The translations under genes and the position numbers were made by a program. A stretch of DNA of 37,549 nt from a virus (taxonomy: Duplodnaviria > Caudoviricetes), in the IMG/VR virus record IMGVR_UViG_3300010366_000024, positions 1 through 37,549 of that record, one strand, 5' to 3'. Each line of letters begins with the position of its first letter. The stretch's first letter is position 1. The notes below the pieces were generated by a model. It did not search any database and had not been told where the DNA came from. It worked only from the letters and a program-made list of their open reading frames with translations. Positions 1 through 8,897 of this stretch are shown here, one piece after another.

Positions 1-2
1 GC

Positions 3-293
3 GGCCGGTGGCGGACGGCCGATCAGCTCGAGAACGAGATCGCGCGGACGTTCAATGCCTACGATCTCTCAGAGCTGACAGGCAAGACGCTGGATGACCT
101 GCGCGCCTACCTGCGGCCCCCGGACCTGGAATCGCTGGCCGCTGGGGCTCCACCGGAGGAGGCCATGTGGCCCATGCTCCGGTTCCGCGTCCATCCGGAC
201 CTCCGGGAGCGGTTCTACCAGGTGACCGACCCAGCCCCGGACAAGACCGACCCGGGCAGGCTGGCGTGGCTGCTGGACCAGGTGGCACCATGA
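3..293 (+). CDS. 5'-truncated hypothetical protein (possibly the C-terminus of a ParB-like protein that often precedes phage dpdA)
   Basis: Frame 3 is open from the window edge (GRWRTADQLENEIARTFNAYDLSELTG...WPMLRFRVHPDLRERFY...LLDQVAP*); TGA overlaps the next ATG (ATGA at 290-293). ParB call is by context only. Confidence 0.55.
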   Translation, partial: GRWRTADQLENEIARTFNAYDLSELTGKTLDDLRAYLRPPDLESLAAGAPPEEAMWPMLRFRVHPDLRERFYQVTDPAPDKTDPGRLAWLLDQVAP

Positions 294-1222
294 CCGAGCC
301 CCGGCCTGACGGCGTGGTGCGGCTGATGATGTCCTTCTGGTACTACCGCAAGAAGGACATGGCCGCCAAGGTGGCCGCCACCGGTCTGCCTACACGTCTC
401 ATGGTGGACTCGGGGGCCTTTTCGGCGCATGAGCAGCGCGGCGAAAGCGAAGGCGTGAAACTGGCCGACTACGCGGCCTGGCTGACCGACTGGTGGCCGG
501 TAATCACCACGGCCATAAACCTGGACGTGATCTCCGATCCCAAGGCCAGCATGCGCAACCAACTGGCACTGGAGGAACGCGGCCTGGCCGTTACCCCGGT
601 GTGGCACATGGGCTCTTCGTACGCCGAACTAGAGGCGCTGTGCCGCGACTACCGGTATGTAGCCGTGGGCGGCCCCGCCGTCACCGAGACACGCCGCAGC
701 CTGTTGCTGGCGCTATCGGCCAAGGCGGTGCTGATCGCGCGTGAGCACGGCACCGTGCTACACGGCCTGGGCCGGTCGGGGCAAGATGACCTATCGGCCA
801 TCCCCTGGTATTCCGCCGACGCCGCCAGTTGGATGTACGCGGTATTCAACGGCGGCGTCATCCTGTACGACCGGGGCAGGCTACACAACCTCAAGCACCC
901 CAAGGCCGCCCGCAACTACCGCCCGCTGCTGCGCACCCACGGCCTGGACCCAGCCGAGATGGATCACCCCAGCTTTGCCCTAAAACGTGACCGCGACGAC
1001 CTGGCCCAGTACCGGCACGAGTACCACATGGCCGAGCGGGCAACGGCGATAGCGATGAAACGGTTTGAGGCGTGGCTGCGGCAACGCCACGGCCACGTAC
1101 CACCACCACCGGGCCACACCGATGCGGGGCCATCTATCTACTTCGTTACCCCCACCCAGCCGCATGAGTGGATCGCCGCTAGCGCGGTTCAGTGGCTGGT
1201 GGATCAGGGCGAAGCGGCATAG
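290..1222 (+). CDS. dpdA: TGT-like DNA 7-deazaguanine transglycosylase (DpdA family)
   Basis: TGT-fold motifs MVDSGAFS, NLDVI, PVWH, VAVGG, LHGLG, SADAASW; no C-terminal CxCxxC Zn site as in tRNA TGTs; adjacent to queCDE-folE; start placed at 290 by ATGA overlap. Confidence 0.82.
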   Translation: MTEPRPDGVVRLMMSFWYYRKKDMAAKVAATGLPTRLMVDSGAFSAHEQRGESEGVKLADYAAWLTDWWPVITTAINLDVISDPKASMRNQLALEERGLAVTPVWHMGSSYAELEALCRDYRYVAVGGPAVTETRRSLLLALSAKAVLIAREHGTVLHGLGRSGQDDLSAIPWYSADAASWMYAVFNGGVILYDRGRLHNLKHPKAARNYRPLLRTHGLDPAEMDHPSFALKRDRDDLAQYRHEYHMAERATAIAMKRFEAWLRQRHGHVPPPPGHTDAGPSIYFVTPTQPHEWIAASAVQWLVDQGEAA

Positions 1223-1619
1223 GCTCCGGCCCCACGTAGGTGCTGATCGCCTCCACCGCGATGCCGCCCCGGGCGTGGAACTTGACCGCCACCGTGCACG
1301 CCGCCGGGGCAAGGGCCGCCACCAGGTCCGCCAGGATCACTGCGGCAAGGTGCTCATGGAAAATACCCTGCTCGCGGTAGGTTTCCAGGTACAGCTTGAG
1401 GCTCTTGGTCTCCACCAGCAGCGTGCCAGGCGTGTACGTGATGTCGATGTCCGCCCAATCCGGCTGCCCCGTCACAGGGCACCGGCAGGTGAACTCGGCG
1501 CACCGCAGCACCACCACCTGCCCCGCGTCGGTGGCCGGGAACGTCTCTAGCTCCCGGTCTGCGCTCACCTGGGCACGGCCCAGCTTGGTCAATGTGGCAG
1601 TGTGCGCTGGCGTCGTCAT
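1179..1619 (-). CDS. queF: NADPH-dependent preQ0 reductase QueF (type I, unimodular)
   Basis: EFTCRCPVTGQPD catalytic Cys motif, QueF motif VETKSLKLYL, IFHE, RGGI; start taken at ATG 1619 (MTTP). Confidence 0.9.
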   Translation of the reverse strand: MTTPAHTATLTKLGRAQVSADRELETFPATDAGQVVVLRCAEFTCRCPVTGQPDWADIDITYTPGTLLVETKSLKLYLETYREQGIFHEHLAAVILADLVAALAPAACTVAVKFHARGGIAVEAISTYVGPEPMPLRPDPPATEPR

Positions 1620-1644
1620 AGGCGCACCGTACAGGAGGTAACCC

Positions 1645-2340
1645 ATGGTGCAAGGCGTAGCAATCGTGTCAGGTGGCCTGGACAGCGTGACCCTGCTGCA
1701 CCACCTGGTGGCGGCCGGCGACCCCCCGGACGTGCTCAGCTTCGACTACGGGCAGCGGCACAGCAAGGAACTGGACTGCGCGGCCCTGGCGTGCCGCCGC
1801 CTCGGGCTGCGCTGGGACCTGGTGTCCATGCCGGAACTGAGGCACATGCTGGCTCCGTCCAGGTCCGCCCTCGTCTCAGACCACCCGGTGCCGCACGGCC
1901 ACTACGCCGCCGCCACCATGGCGCAGACGGTGGTGCCCAACCGCAACATGATCATGCTGTCTGTCGCCGCCGGGGTGGCCGTGGCCCGGGGCGGCTGCTA
2001 CGTGGCCACCGCCGTGCACGCCGGGGATCACGCCATCTACCCGGATTGCCGCCCGGAGTTCATCGACGCCATGCAGGCGGCTGTGGTGGTGGCCACCGGG
2101 CTGCCCCGGTTCCATGTGCGGGCACCATTCCTGCACTGGGCCAAGGCCGCCATAGCGGCCCGCGCGGGTGAGCTAGGCGTGCCCATAGACACCACCTGGT
2201 CCTGCTACGAGGGCGGCCCCGTCCACTGCGGCCGGTGCGGCACGTGCGTGGAACGGCAGGAGGCCATGGCCCAGGCGGGCGTGGCTGACCCCACCAAGTA
2301 CGCTGACCCGGACTACTGGCGCACCCAGGTGGAAGCGTGA
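1645..2340 (+). CDS. queC: 7-cyano-7-deazaguanine synthase
   Basis: SGGLDS PP-loop, FDYGQRHSKE, VVPNRN, YPDCRPEF, TWSCY, HCGRCGTCVER; RBS AGGAGG. Confidence 0.96.
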   Translation: MVQGVAIVSGGLDSVTLLHHLVAAGDPPDVLSFDYGQRHSKELDCAALACRRLGLRWDLVSMPELRHMLAPSRSALVSDHPVPHGHYAAATMAQTVVPNRNMIMLSVAAGVAVARGGCYVATAVHAGDHAIYPDCRPEFIDAMQAAVVVATGLPRFHVRAPFLHWAKAAIAARAGELGVPIDTTWSCYEGGPVHCGRCGTCVERQEAMAQAGVADPTKYADPDYWRTQVEA

Positions 2341-2747
2341 GCTACACCATCAGCAAGGACTTCGGTTTTAGCGCGGGCCACGCCCTGGCCGGGCTGCCCG
2401 CCGGCCACCCGTGCGCCAGGCCACACGGCCACAACTACCTGGCCCGCGTGGAGCTGACAGCGGAGGACGTGGACGCTACCGGGTTCGTGCTCGACTACGG
2501 CGACCTTGCCCCGTTCGCGGACTACCTGGACCTGACGATGGACCACCGCTGGCTTGGCAGCGGCCCGTGCACCGTGCTGGGCAACACGTGGCTGCCGGTG
2601 GTGCCGTTCAACCCCACAGCGGAACTGCTGGCCGCCCACCTGGGCAACTGGCTGGTCACCGCCAGCAGCATGGCCGCCGCGCTGGAGCGCATCGTGGTGC
2701 GGGTGGGCGTCTCGGAGACCGGCAAGACCTGGGCGTGGACCCCGTGA
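2337..2747 (+). CDS. queD: 6-carboxy-5,6,7,8-tetrahydropterin synthase
   Basis: FSAGHAL...CARPHGHNY, MDHRWL, NPTAE, SETGKT motifs; GTGA overlap with queC. Confidence 0.94.
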   Translation: MSYTISKDFGFSAGHALAGLPAGHPCARPHGHNYLARVELTAEDVDATGFVLDYGDLAPFADYLDLTMDHRWLGSGPCTVLGNTWLPVVPFNPTAELLAAHLGNWLVTASSMAAALERIVVRVGVSETGKTWAWTP

Positions 2748-3457
2748 AGGGCACGCTGATACCCGGCCCGTCGCTGGTGGTGGCCGAGGTGTACGGCCCC
2801 GCCTGGCAAGGCGAAGGCCCCAGCACCGGCTGCCGCTGCTCGTTCATCCGCCTCATGGGCTGCGACTACGCCTGCACCTGGTGCGACGAGGCACACACGT
2901 GGGACGCCGCCCGGTACGACCTGCACCAAGTGGGCACCCGCACCAGCGTGGGCGACATCATCACCCAGGCGCTGGCCTGCCACCCAGACCTGGTGGTGAT
3001 CACAGGCGGGGAGCCGCTACTGCACCAAGGGCAGGCCGCCTGGCCGTACCTGCTGGACGGCCTTGGCACCCGCCGGGTGGAGATCGAGACCAACGGCGCG
3101 CACGCACCCACCGGCCCCACCCTGCGGCGCAGCGTGCACTTCAACGTGTCACCCAAGCTGGCAAGCTCGGGCATGGCTGGCCGCCGCAACCCGGACGCCA
3201 TCGCGGCGCTGCTGGCCACCGGCAAGGCATCCTTCAAGTTCGTGTGCACCGGCAGGGCCGACCTGGACGAAGCACGCGGCCTGGTCAAGGCGTGGCGGAT
3301 ACCGCCGCACCTGGTGTGGATCATGCCCGAGGGCGTAGAGCCTGACAGGCTGCTGGCCACAGCGCGGCTGCTCGCCCCGCACGTGCGAAAGGCCGGGTTC
3401 CACTTCACCCTGCGCCAGCATGTGCTGCTGTACGGCACAGCCAAAGAGCCCCGGTGA
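2744..3457 (+). CDS. queE: 7-carboxy-7-deazaguanine synthase (radical SAM)
   Basis: QGEG, CDYACTWCD (CxxxCxxC), ITGGEP, IETNG, VSPK; GTG start at 2744 overlaps queD stop. Confidence 0.94.
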   Translation: MKGTLIPGPSLVVAEVYGPAWQGEGPSTGCRCSFIRLMGCDYACTWCDEAHTWDAARYDLHQVGTRTSVGDIITQALACHPDLVVITGGEPLLHQGQAAWPYLLDGLGTRRVEIETNGAHAPTGPTLRRSVHFNVSPKLASSGMAGRRNPDAIAALLATGKASFKFVCTGRADLDEARGLVKAWRIPPHLVWIMPEGVEPDRLLATARLLAPHVRKAGFHFTLRQHVLLYGTAKEPR

Positions 3458-4044
3458 ACGACGCCAGGCCCCGCGTGCCGCAGGAAGTGGAGCAGGCCGC
3501 CGGGTGGCTGTTCGATCTGCTGCGCATAGACCACACCAGCGACGGCCTAGCCGAAACACCCGCCCGGTGGGCTGCCGCCATCATGGAGCTAACCCCCGGC
3601 CTATGGGACGCCCCAGACCCCGCCGCCGTGCTGGCCCGCAACTTTGAACCCGGCAGCGCCCACCCGTCCATGATCGCCGCCACCGGGGTGGAGTTCCGCT
3701 CCGTGTGTGAGCACCACCTGCTGCCCTTCTACGGCACCGCCGCCGTGGCATACGTGCCCGCCAAGGAGGCCCGCATAGTCGGCCTGTCCAAACTGGCCCG
3801 CCTCGTCCAGGGCTATGCGGGCCGCCCGCAGATGCAGGAACGCCTGGGCCAGCAGGTGGTGGACGCCCTGGCCGCCCACCTGGACATCGAGGGCGCAGGC
3901 TGCCTCATCTGGGGCACCCACACGTGCATGACGCTGCGCGGGGCCTTGGCCGGCAGCGGCGCCCGCATGGTCACCAGCCACCTGGCGGGCTCGTTCCTCA
4001 CCGACCCGGCGGTGCGCGCAGAATTCCTGGCCCTGGCCCGGTAA
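3454..4044 (+). CDS. folE: GTP cyclohydrolase I
   Basis: ETPAR, SVCEHHLLPFYG, VGLSKL, QERL, HTCMTLRG motifs. Confidence 0.96.
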   Translation: MNDARPRVPQEVEQAAGWLFDLLRIDHTSDGLAETPARWAAAIMELTPGLWDAPDPAAVLARNFEPGSAHPSMIAATGVEFRSVCEHHLLPFYGTAAVAYVPAKEARIVGLSKLARLVQGYAGRPQMQERLGQQVVDALAAHLDIEGAGCLIWGTHTCMTLRGALAGSGARMVTSHLAGSFLTDPAVRAEFLALAR

Positions 4045-4302
4045 ACCCCAGGCCAACTGTCCGTTTCAGTGCTGTCCGCCGGGTAGCGGGGTGAGCTACT
4101 GTGACCCCCAAGTGGGGGAAACCTACCCGGGAGTGTCCGGGGCCAGCGCCCACACCCACCTCCCGGCAAGGATGGTGAAGCCTGCCATGCCCAAGCCACG
4201 GTGGACTGCCGGCGACAAGCCCACACGGCCTGACGACCCGTCAGACCAGGCGCTGCGCCTGCACGCCCTGGCCGCCCTGGCCATGGGCATGTGCCCGAGC
4301 CT

Positions 4303-4524
4303 TCACAAGCTGGACGACGGCGGCGGCTGCCCCGAAGGCTGCGAACTGCCCGCCAGCACCGCAGCGGACACCAGCGCTTCCAGCATGGCGTCACCACGTA
4401 GCCAAGCCTCCAGCAGCGTGTTGATGACGCCTGCCCTGTTGGTGCCTTGAAGGCTGGCCTTGGCCCTGGCCGCGTCCCAGCGCGGCTGAGGTATGCGCAC
4501 GTGCCGCACTGGGGTGTCTGCCAT
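4303..4524 (-). CDS. Ribbon-helix-helix DNA-binding protein
   Basis: TPVRHVRIPQPRWDAARAKASLQGTNRAGVINTLLEAWL fits the RHH strand-helix-G-helix pattern common in actinophages; divergent from the 4608 gene. Confidence 0.7.
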   Translation of the reverse strand: MADTPVRHVRIPQPRWDAARAKASLQGTNRAGVINTLLEAWLRGDAMLEALVSAAVLAGSSQPSGQPPPSSSL

Positions 4525-4558
4525 GGCCACCATGATGACAGGCCACGGGGTTATCGTG

Positions 4559-4577
4559 GGTACACCCGGGCTGTACC
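4559..4577. promoter_or_regulatory. Degenerate copy of 19-bp dyad motif
   Basis: GGTACAC-CCGGG-CTGTACC, between the divergent RHH gene and the 4608 gene. Confidence 0.45.
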
Positions 4578-4607
4578 CACAGCCCCCAGCGCAAGGGACT
4601 ACCTGCC

Positions 4608-4841
4608 ATGGACATCAGCTATAGCGGCACCCGGGAAGAACTGGCCGCACACCTGCACGAGCGGGCAGCCGAGGCCGACCGGCTGAGCAAGGCCGCCAGC
4701 GGCAACGAGAAGCACCGCCAGGCCGGCATCAAGGCGGGCCTGGAGCAGGCCGCATTCGTGGTGGAGCGGTGGACGCCGCCCACCACCGCCCCGGAACCTG
4801 CCGCCAACGGCGCTGAGCGCCACGCTCCCGCTTTCCAGTAG
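4608..4841 (+). CDS. Hypothetical protein (77 aa, helical)
   Basis: AAGGGA RBS, GC3-rich codon use. Confidence 0.7.
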   Translation: MDISYSGTREELAAHLHERAAEADRLSKAASGNEKHRQAGIKAGLEQAAFVVERWTPPTTAPEPAANGAERHAPAFQ

Positions 4842-4886
4842 CCACCACATGCCCGTACACCTGCGGACGCGCCACGCGGCCTGCAC

Positions 4887-4905
4887 GGTAAACCCCAGGG
4901 TTACC
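4887..4905. promoter_or_regulatory. 19-bp dyad motif (putative operator)
   Basis: GGTAAAC-CCCAG-GGTTACC, intergenic upstream of the tra module. Confidence 0.6.
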
Positions 4906-5093
4906 CGTCAGGCCGCCTGGCCGCGCACACGGGTGTCCCGGCGTACACGGCACACCCAAGGGCGCAGAATGCCGCCCAGCGACGAACACGGGCACATCTG
5001 CAACCAGACCGTCAAGACAACTGCAAGACACAACCGGCCTACTGAGAGTTAGGCTGCTGCAACCCCTGTGTGGCCACACGAAGGAGACAGACC

Positions 5094-5483
5094 ATGGCCG
5101 CCGCCCCCGAACCAACCGGCCCCGCATACACCATCGCCGCCCTGGCCCGCCTCCCGATCAGAGACGGCATGAAGGCGTCTGACATCCACCACGTGTGCAT
5201 GAGCCAGGCGCACACCCTGGAAACCCTGGCATCCGTCATCGACACCCAGGCGCACGCCCTGCGGCAGGTCATGGCCCGCAGCTAAGGCGGCGGCATCACC
5301 GCACCCGTGGCCCGCATGGCCGCCTACCGGGCCACCCGCCCGATGCGCCAGGCCGCCGCCAGGGCCAGGGCCGCCGCCGCGTCCTCTCGCGCGTCGTGGA
5401 AGGCCACCGAACGGGCGTTCGCGTTCCTCATCAACCCCAGCCCAGGCAAGGGCAAGCAGCGCGGCCCCAACTGGCGCAGCTAA
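5094..5483 (+). pseudogene. TraA-like plasmid transfer accessory protein with an in-frame TAA at 5283-5285
   Basis: AAGGAG RBS; same frame continues past the TAA (…RQVMARS*GGGITAPVARMAAYRATRPMRQAAARARAAAASSRASWKATERAFAFLINPSPGKGKQRGPNWRS*); size, helical basic C-terminus and position directly before traB resemble actinomycete TraA. Confidence 0.55.
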
Positions 5484-5501
5484 GCAGACAGGTGGTAACC
5501 G

Positions 5502-7583
5502 ATGGCAGCACGGCGGCCCAAGCCCGTGGCAGAAGCCACGGTGGAGCACGTGGTGGCCCACGAGGCCCGCAGGCTGGCGGTCATGGCATGGCCGTGGCCG
5601 GTCTGGGGCCTGCTGTGGCTGGCCGGCTACAAGCTCCATAAGGGCTACCACGCCACCGGCACCGCCGTGCTGCTATGGGCGGTCGGCATGTGCCTGGCCG
5701 CCCTGGCACTGCACCTGACACACCAGCGGCGCAGCGTCACCGGCAGGCTGCTGGCCCCCGTCACCCTGGTGGCCACGTTCACCTGGCTGGCCCTGGCCGA
5801 ACGGTACGGCCCAGGCCCGCGCACCACCCTTTTCCAGGTGTGGCTGATCGTCGGCGCTGGCATGGCTCTGGGCTGGTCCATCTGGCTGCACATCCACGAC
5901 GGCGGCGACGAGGCGGGCGGCCTGCTGTTCGCTACTGCCAGCGAGCACACCAGCGTGCCCGGCCTGCGCGGCTGGGTGACGGAACGGCTGCCCGGCAAGG
6001 TGGGCGGCAGCATCAAGCTGCCCAAGGGCGTCACCGCCGCCACCGTCATCAAGGCCGCGCCGGAACTGGAATCCACCCTGTCACACGCCCACCCGGGTGG
6101 CCTGGCTCCGGGCAGCCTCACCATCACCGAGGACCCCGACCGGTCGCACATGGCCCGGTGGGAACTGACCAACCCCCGGAAGCTGGACAAGCCCACGCTG
6201 TGGCCAGGCCCCTACAAGCCCGGCGCGTCCATCGCGGACCCGTGTCGCCTGGGCACGTTCGTGGACGGCACCGACTGGCTGGTGCCGTGCTTCCCCCGCA
6301 ACCTGCCCGGCTGGCAGTGCCTGCTCATGGGCATGACCGGCGCAGGCAAAACCACCGGCCTGGGCTGGTCGTGGCTGGCCGACATCATCACCCGCAAGGA
6401 CGCGGTGGTGTGCGCCATCGACCTGTCTAAGGGAGACCAGTTCCTGGGCTGCATGGCCACCGCCCTGCACAGCTTTGACAAGGACTACGCCCCGGCCCGG
6501 CAGCGGCTGTGGCGGCTGCACCTGCTGCGGCGGGCAAGGTCGGACTACCTGGCCACCCAGGGCCTCACCCAGTGGGAGGAAGGCTGCGGCCTGTCCGCCA
6601 TCGTGGTGTGGATCGAGGAAGCGTCCGCGCTGTTCCGCCAACTGGGGGACGCCGACGTTGAGAAGTGGGTGCTGCCGCTGGTGCTGGAGGCCCGCTCCGC
6701 TGGCATCTTTATCGTCATGTCGTTGCAGCGCGCCGACTTCACCCAGATGCCCACCGTGGTGCGCGCCCAACTGGGCAGCATCTGCATGGGCGTGCGGGAC
6801 AAGGGTGACGCCGACTTTGGCCTGTCCGACGAACAGGCCGAGCACGGCTGCCGCCCCGAGCGGTGGAAGAACGAGAAGCCCGGCATGGCCTACTCCGACA
6901 CCCCGCTGCTGCCCGACGAGCGTTACAAGTACACCGAGGCCCGGTCCTACTTCTGGGGTCGCAACACCGACCTGATGGCCGCCCACGCGGCCAAGTACCC
7001 GGCGTCCGCGCGCCCGGCTGACGCGCAGACACAGCACATGCTCATTGACCCGCCACCGGCCAAGCCCGAACCGGCCAAGGCCACCACGCCGCCCAAGGCA
7101 GGCGCAGCAACCACCCCACCCCCGGCGGCCCCGCCGGGTGACGAGGAGGAGCTAGCCATGGACGGCACCGACAAGCCCGAGCCAACGGGCGACGCGCACG
7201 ACGACCCCCGGCTGTGGGGCGCTGCCGAAGGCAGCGAACCCGCCGACTACGACGATTCAGACGCCTTCGGCGCAGGCGACCCGGACGCCACGTTCGGCAA
7301 CCCCGAAGCGGCACCACCTGACGCGGGCAACGTGGAACGGCTGCCGCAGACCCTGGCAGCCGCCACCGCCGCCCTGGAGCGCGCCGTGCTCGGCTGGTGG
7401 GCCGAGGGCAAGACCGAGATAACCATGGACGACTTGCTGGGCCTCACCGACGACCCCGACGACCCCAACTGGATCGACCGCAGCCGCCCCTGGCTGTACC
7501 CCGCCATGGCCCAACTGGTGGCCCGCGATGACATGCAACTGGAGCAGCACGACGGCCCGCGCAGGTGGACCCGCGCAGCGTAG
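5502..7583 (+). CDS. traB: TraB-type FtsK/SpoIIIE conjugative dsDNA translocase
   Basis: N-terminal TM helices, Walker A GMTGAGKT, Walker B VVWIEEA, ARSAGIFIVMSLQRA, MPTVVRAQL, PERWKNEKPGMAY, acidic/Pro-rich linker, C-terminal wHTH with RSRPWLYPAMAQLV. Confidence 0.85.
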   Translation: MAARRPKPVAEATVEHVVAHEARRLAVMAWPWPVWGLLWLAGYKLHKGYHATGTAVLLWAVGMCLAALALHLTHQRRSVTGRLLAPVTLVATFTWLALAERYGPGPRTTLFQVWLIVGAGMALGWSIWLHIHDGGDEAGGLLFATASEHTSVPGLRGWVTERLPGKVGGSIKLPKGVTAATVIKAAPELESTLSHAHPGGLAPGSLTITEDPDRSHMARWELTNPRKLDKPTLWPGPYKPGASIADPCRLGTFVDGTDWLVPCFPRNLPGWQCLLMGMTGAGKTTGLGWSWLADIITRKDAVVCAIDLSKGDQFLGCMATALHSFDKDYAPARQRLWRLHLLRRARSDYLATQGLTQWEEGCGLSAIVVWIEEASALFRQLGDADVEKWVLPLVLEARSAGIFIVMSLQRADFTQMPTVVRAQLGSICMGVRDKGDADFGLSDEQAEHGCRPERWKNEKPGMAYSDTPLLPDERYKYTEARSYFWGRNTDLMAAHAAKYPASARPADAQTQHMLIDPPPAKPEPAKATTPPKAGAATTPPPAAPPGDEEELAMDGTDKPEPTGDAHDDPRLWGAAEGSEPADYDDSDAFGAGDPDATFGNPEAAPPDAGNVERLPQTLAAATAALERAVLGWWAEGKTEITMDDLLGLTDDPDDPNWIDRSRPWLYPAMAQLVARDDMQLEQHDGPRRWTRAA

Positions 7584-7586
7584 GCC

Positions 7587-7799
7587 CACGTGCGCACACC
7601 TGCGCGCACTTGCGTGCAACACGTGCGCACACCCGTGCACCTGACATGATCATCCGCACACACCCGCCCGCGCGCACGGCCGTCAGGCCGCGCGGGCAGG
7701 GGCCGGGGGAGGGGTAGTTTCCCAGGCCAGGAGCCTGTCAGGGCACGTGACAAGATCGTCTGACGGTTGCTGACAGTACCCTGACAACGGGGCCTGACA
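7587..7799. repeat. Short direct-repeat clusters immediately after traB (clt-like)
   Basis: CACGTGCGCACACC at 7587 and 7620; TGCG-led 10-mers at 7591/7601/7611; TGAC(A/G) at 7642, 7748, 7761, 7771, 7782, 7795. Confidence 0.6.
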
Positions 7800-7816
7800 G
7801 CGGAGAGGAGGCAGCG

Positions 7817-8191
7817 GTGGCAGGCGACAGGGAGAACAAGAGGCCGGCCCACGTGTGGGCGTGGCTGCTGGGCGTGTGGGCTGTGCTGGTGGTGGTGCAT
7901 GCGCTGCTGCTGGCCACGCTGTATGGGCTGCTGCTGGCCGGCGTGTATGCGCTGCTGTGCTGGCGGCTGCCCACCTACCACTGCCCGCGCTGCGCCGGGC
8001 AGAACGTGTCCCACGGCCCGGTGACGGGCGCGCTGCGCGCCATGTTCGGCGGCAACCATTTCGGCTGCCGCAGCAAGCGGTGCCACGGCGGGCAGCGCAC
8101 CCGGTGGGGTGTGGTGCTGTTTCAGCCTGCCCGCGCGGAGTGGCTAGCGGCCCACCCGGGGCAGTCCGAGCGCATCCGGCTGGGCGTCTAA
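7817..8191 (+). CDS. Membrane protein with Cys-rich (CPRC...CRSKRC) C-terminus, AICE-type accessory protein
   Basis: GGAGAGGAG RBS, hydrophobic N-terminus followed by CxxC-G...C..C-GG zinc-ribbon-like segment. Confidence 0.7.
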   Translation: MAGDRENKRPAHVWAWLLGVWAVLVVVHALLLATLYGLLLAGVYALLCWRLPTYHCPRCAGQNVSHGPVTGALRAMFGGNHFGCRSKRCHGGQRTRWGVVLFQPARAEWLAAHPGQSERIRLGV

Positions 8192-8216
8192 CACAGCCGG
8201 TGGAGAGGAGCACACC

Positions 8217-8897
8217 ATGATGGGGAAGACACACATGCTGGGCGGGGCCGCCGGGTGGCTGGGCGGCTGCGCCCTGGCTGCCCCCTCGGCCACGGTGGTG
8301 GTGGCCGGCACGGCGCTGGCCGTGGGCGGGGCGCTGGCCCCCGACATTGACCACCGCAGCGCCGACGCCGCGCGGGCGCTGCGCACGGTCGGCACCGTGA
8401 CGGTGGCGGCCGGGTTCGCGGGCGCTGCGCTGCTGGGCGTCACCGGCCTTGGCTGGCCACTGTTCATCGCCGCCGGGCTGCTGCTGGCCATGCTCCCGTG
8501 GGCGGTACGGCCGCACCACGGCGGCGGGTTCCGGGGCGTGGTGCACAGCGAATGGGGGCTGGCCGCCTGGGCGCTGCTGGCATTCGCCCCCTGCCTGTTC
8601 ACCACGGCCTGGCCGCCATGGGCCGCCGTCGCCCTGCTCGCGGGCTGGGTGTCGCACCTGGTGCTGGACGCCATGACCCGGGAAGGGCTGCCGGTGCCGT
8701 ACAACCGGGCACGCACCCACCGGCTGGGCTGGGTCTCTGCGGCCAGCAGCATGACCACCAAGGGCAGGGCCCGGGGCTGGCGCAAGCACCCCATACGCGC
8801 ACGGCTGCGCAGCGGCCCGGAATACTGGGCCGTGCAGCCCATGCTGTGCGCGGCCATCTTGGTGTCCGCCTACGCCGCCATGCGGGGTGCCCAGTGA
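8217..8897 (+). CDS. YdjM-like membrane-bound metal-dependent hydrolase
   Basis: MMGKTH, LAPDIDH, RGVVHS, SHLVLDAMTREG motifs with multiple TM helices. Confidence 0.85.
   Translation: MMGKTHMLGGAAGWLGGCALAAPSATVVVAGTALAVGGALAPDIDHRSADAARALRTVGTVTVAAGFAGAALLGVTGLGWPLFIAAGLLLAMLPWAVRPHHGGGFRGVVHSEWGLAAWALLAFAPCLFTTAWPPWAAVALLAGWVSHLVLDAMTREGLPVPYNRARTHRLGWVSAASSMTTKGRARGWRKHPIRARLRSGPEYWAVQPMLCAAILVSAYAAMRGAQ

Noticed and set aside
167-289. Longer N-terminus for dpdA given by the ORF track
   Set aside because: Low-complexity Pro/Gly translation overlapping a better frame-3 ORF; ATGA coupling supports the start at 290
1223-1644. preQ1 riboswitch upstream of queC
   Set aside because: Region is occupied by queF and lacks the hairpin plus A-rich tail of preQ1 riboswitches
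4091-4450. Plus-strand ORF after folE (possible start 4187)
   Set aside because: Overlaps the RHH gene antisense by about 150 bp and has no recognisable motif; cannot exclude a short real gene
5502-7583. Host chromosomal FtsK or a packaging ATPase
   Set aside because: Motif set and traA/clt context fit TraB, and a separate TerL is present
7587-7799. Repeats as a CRISPR array
   Set aside because: Repeats too short and irregular, no unique spacers, no cas genes
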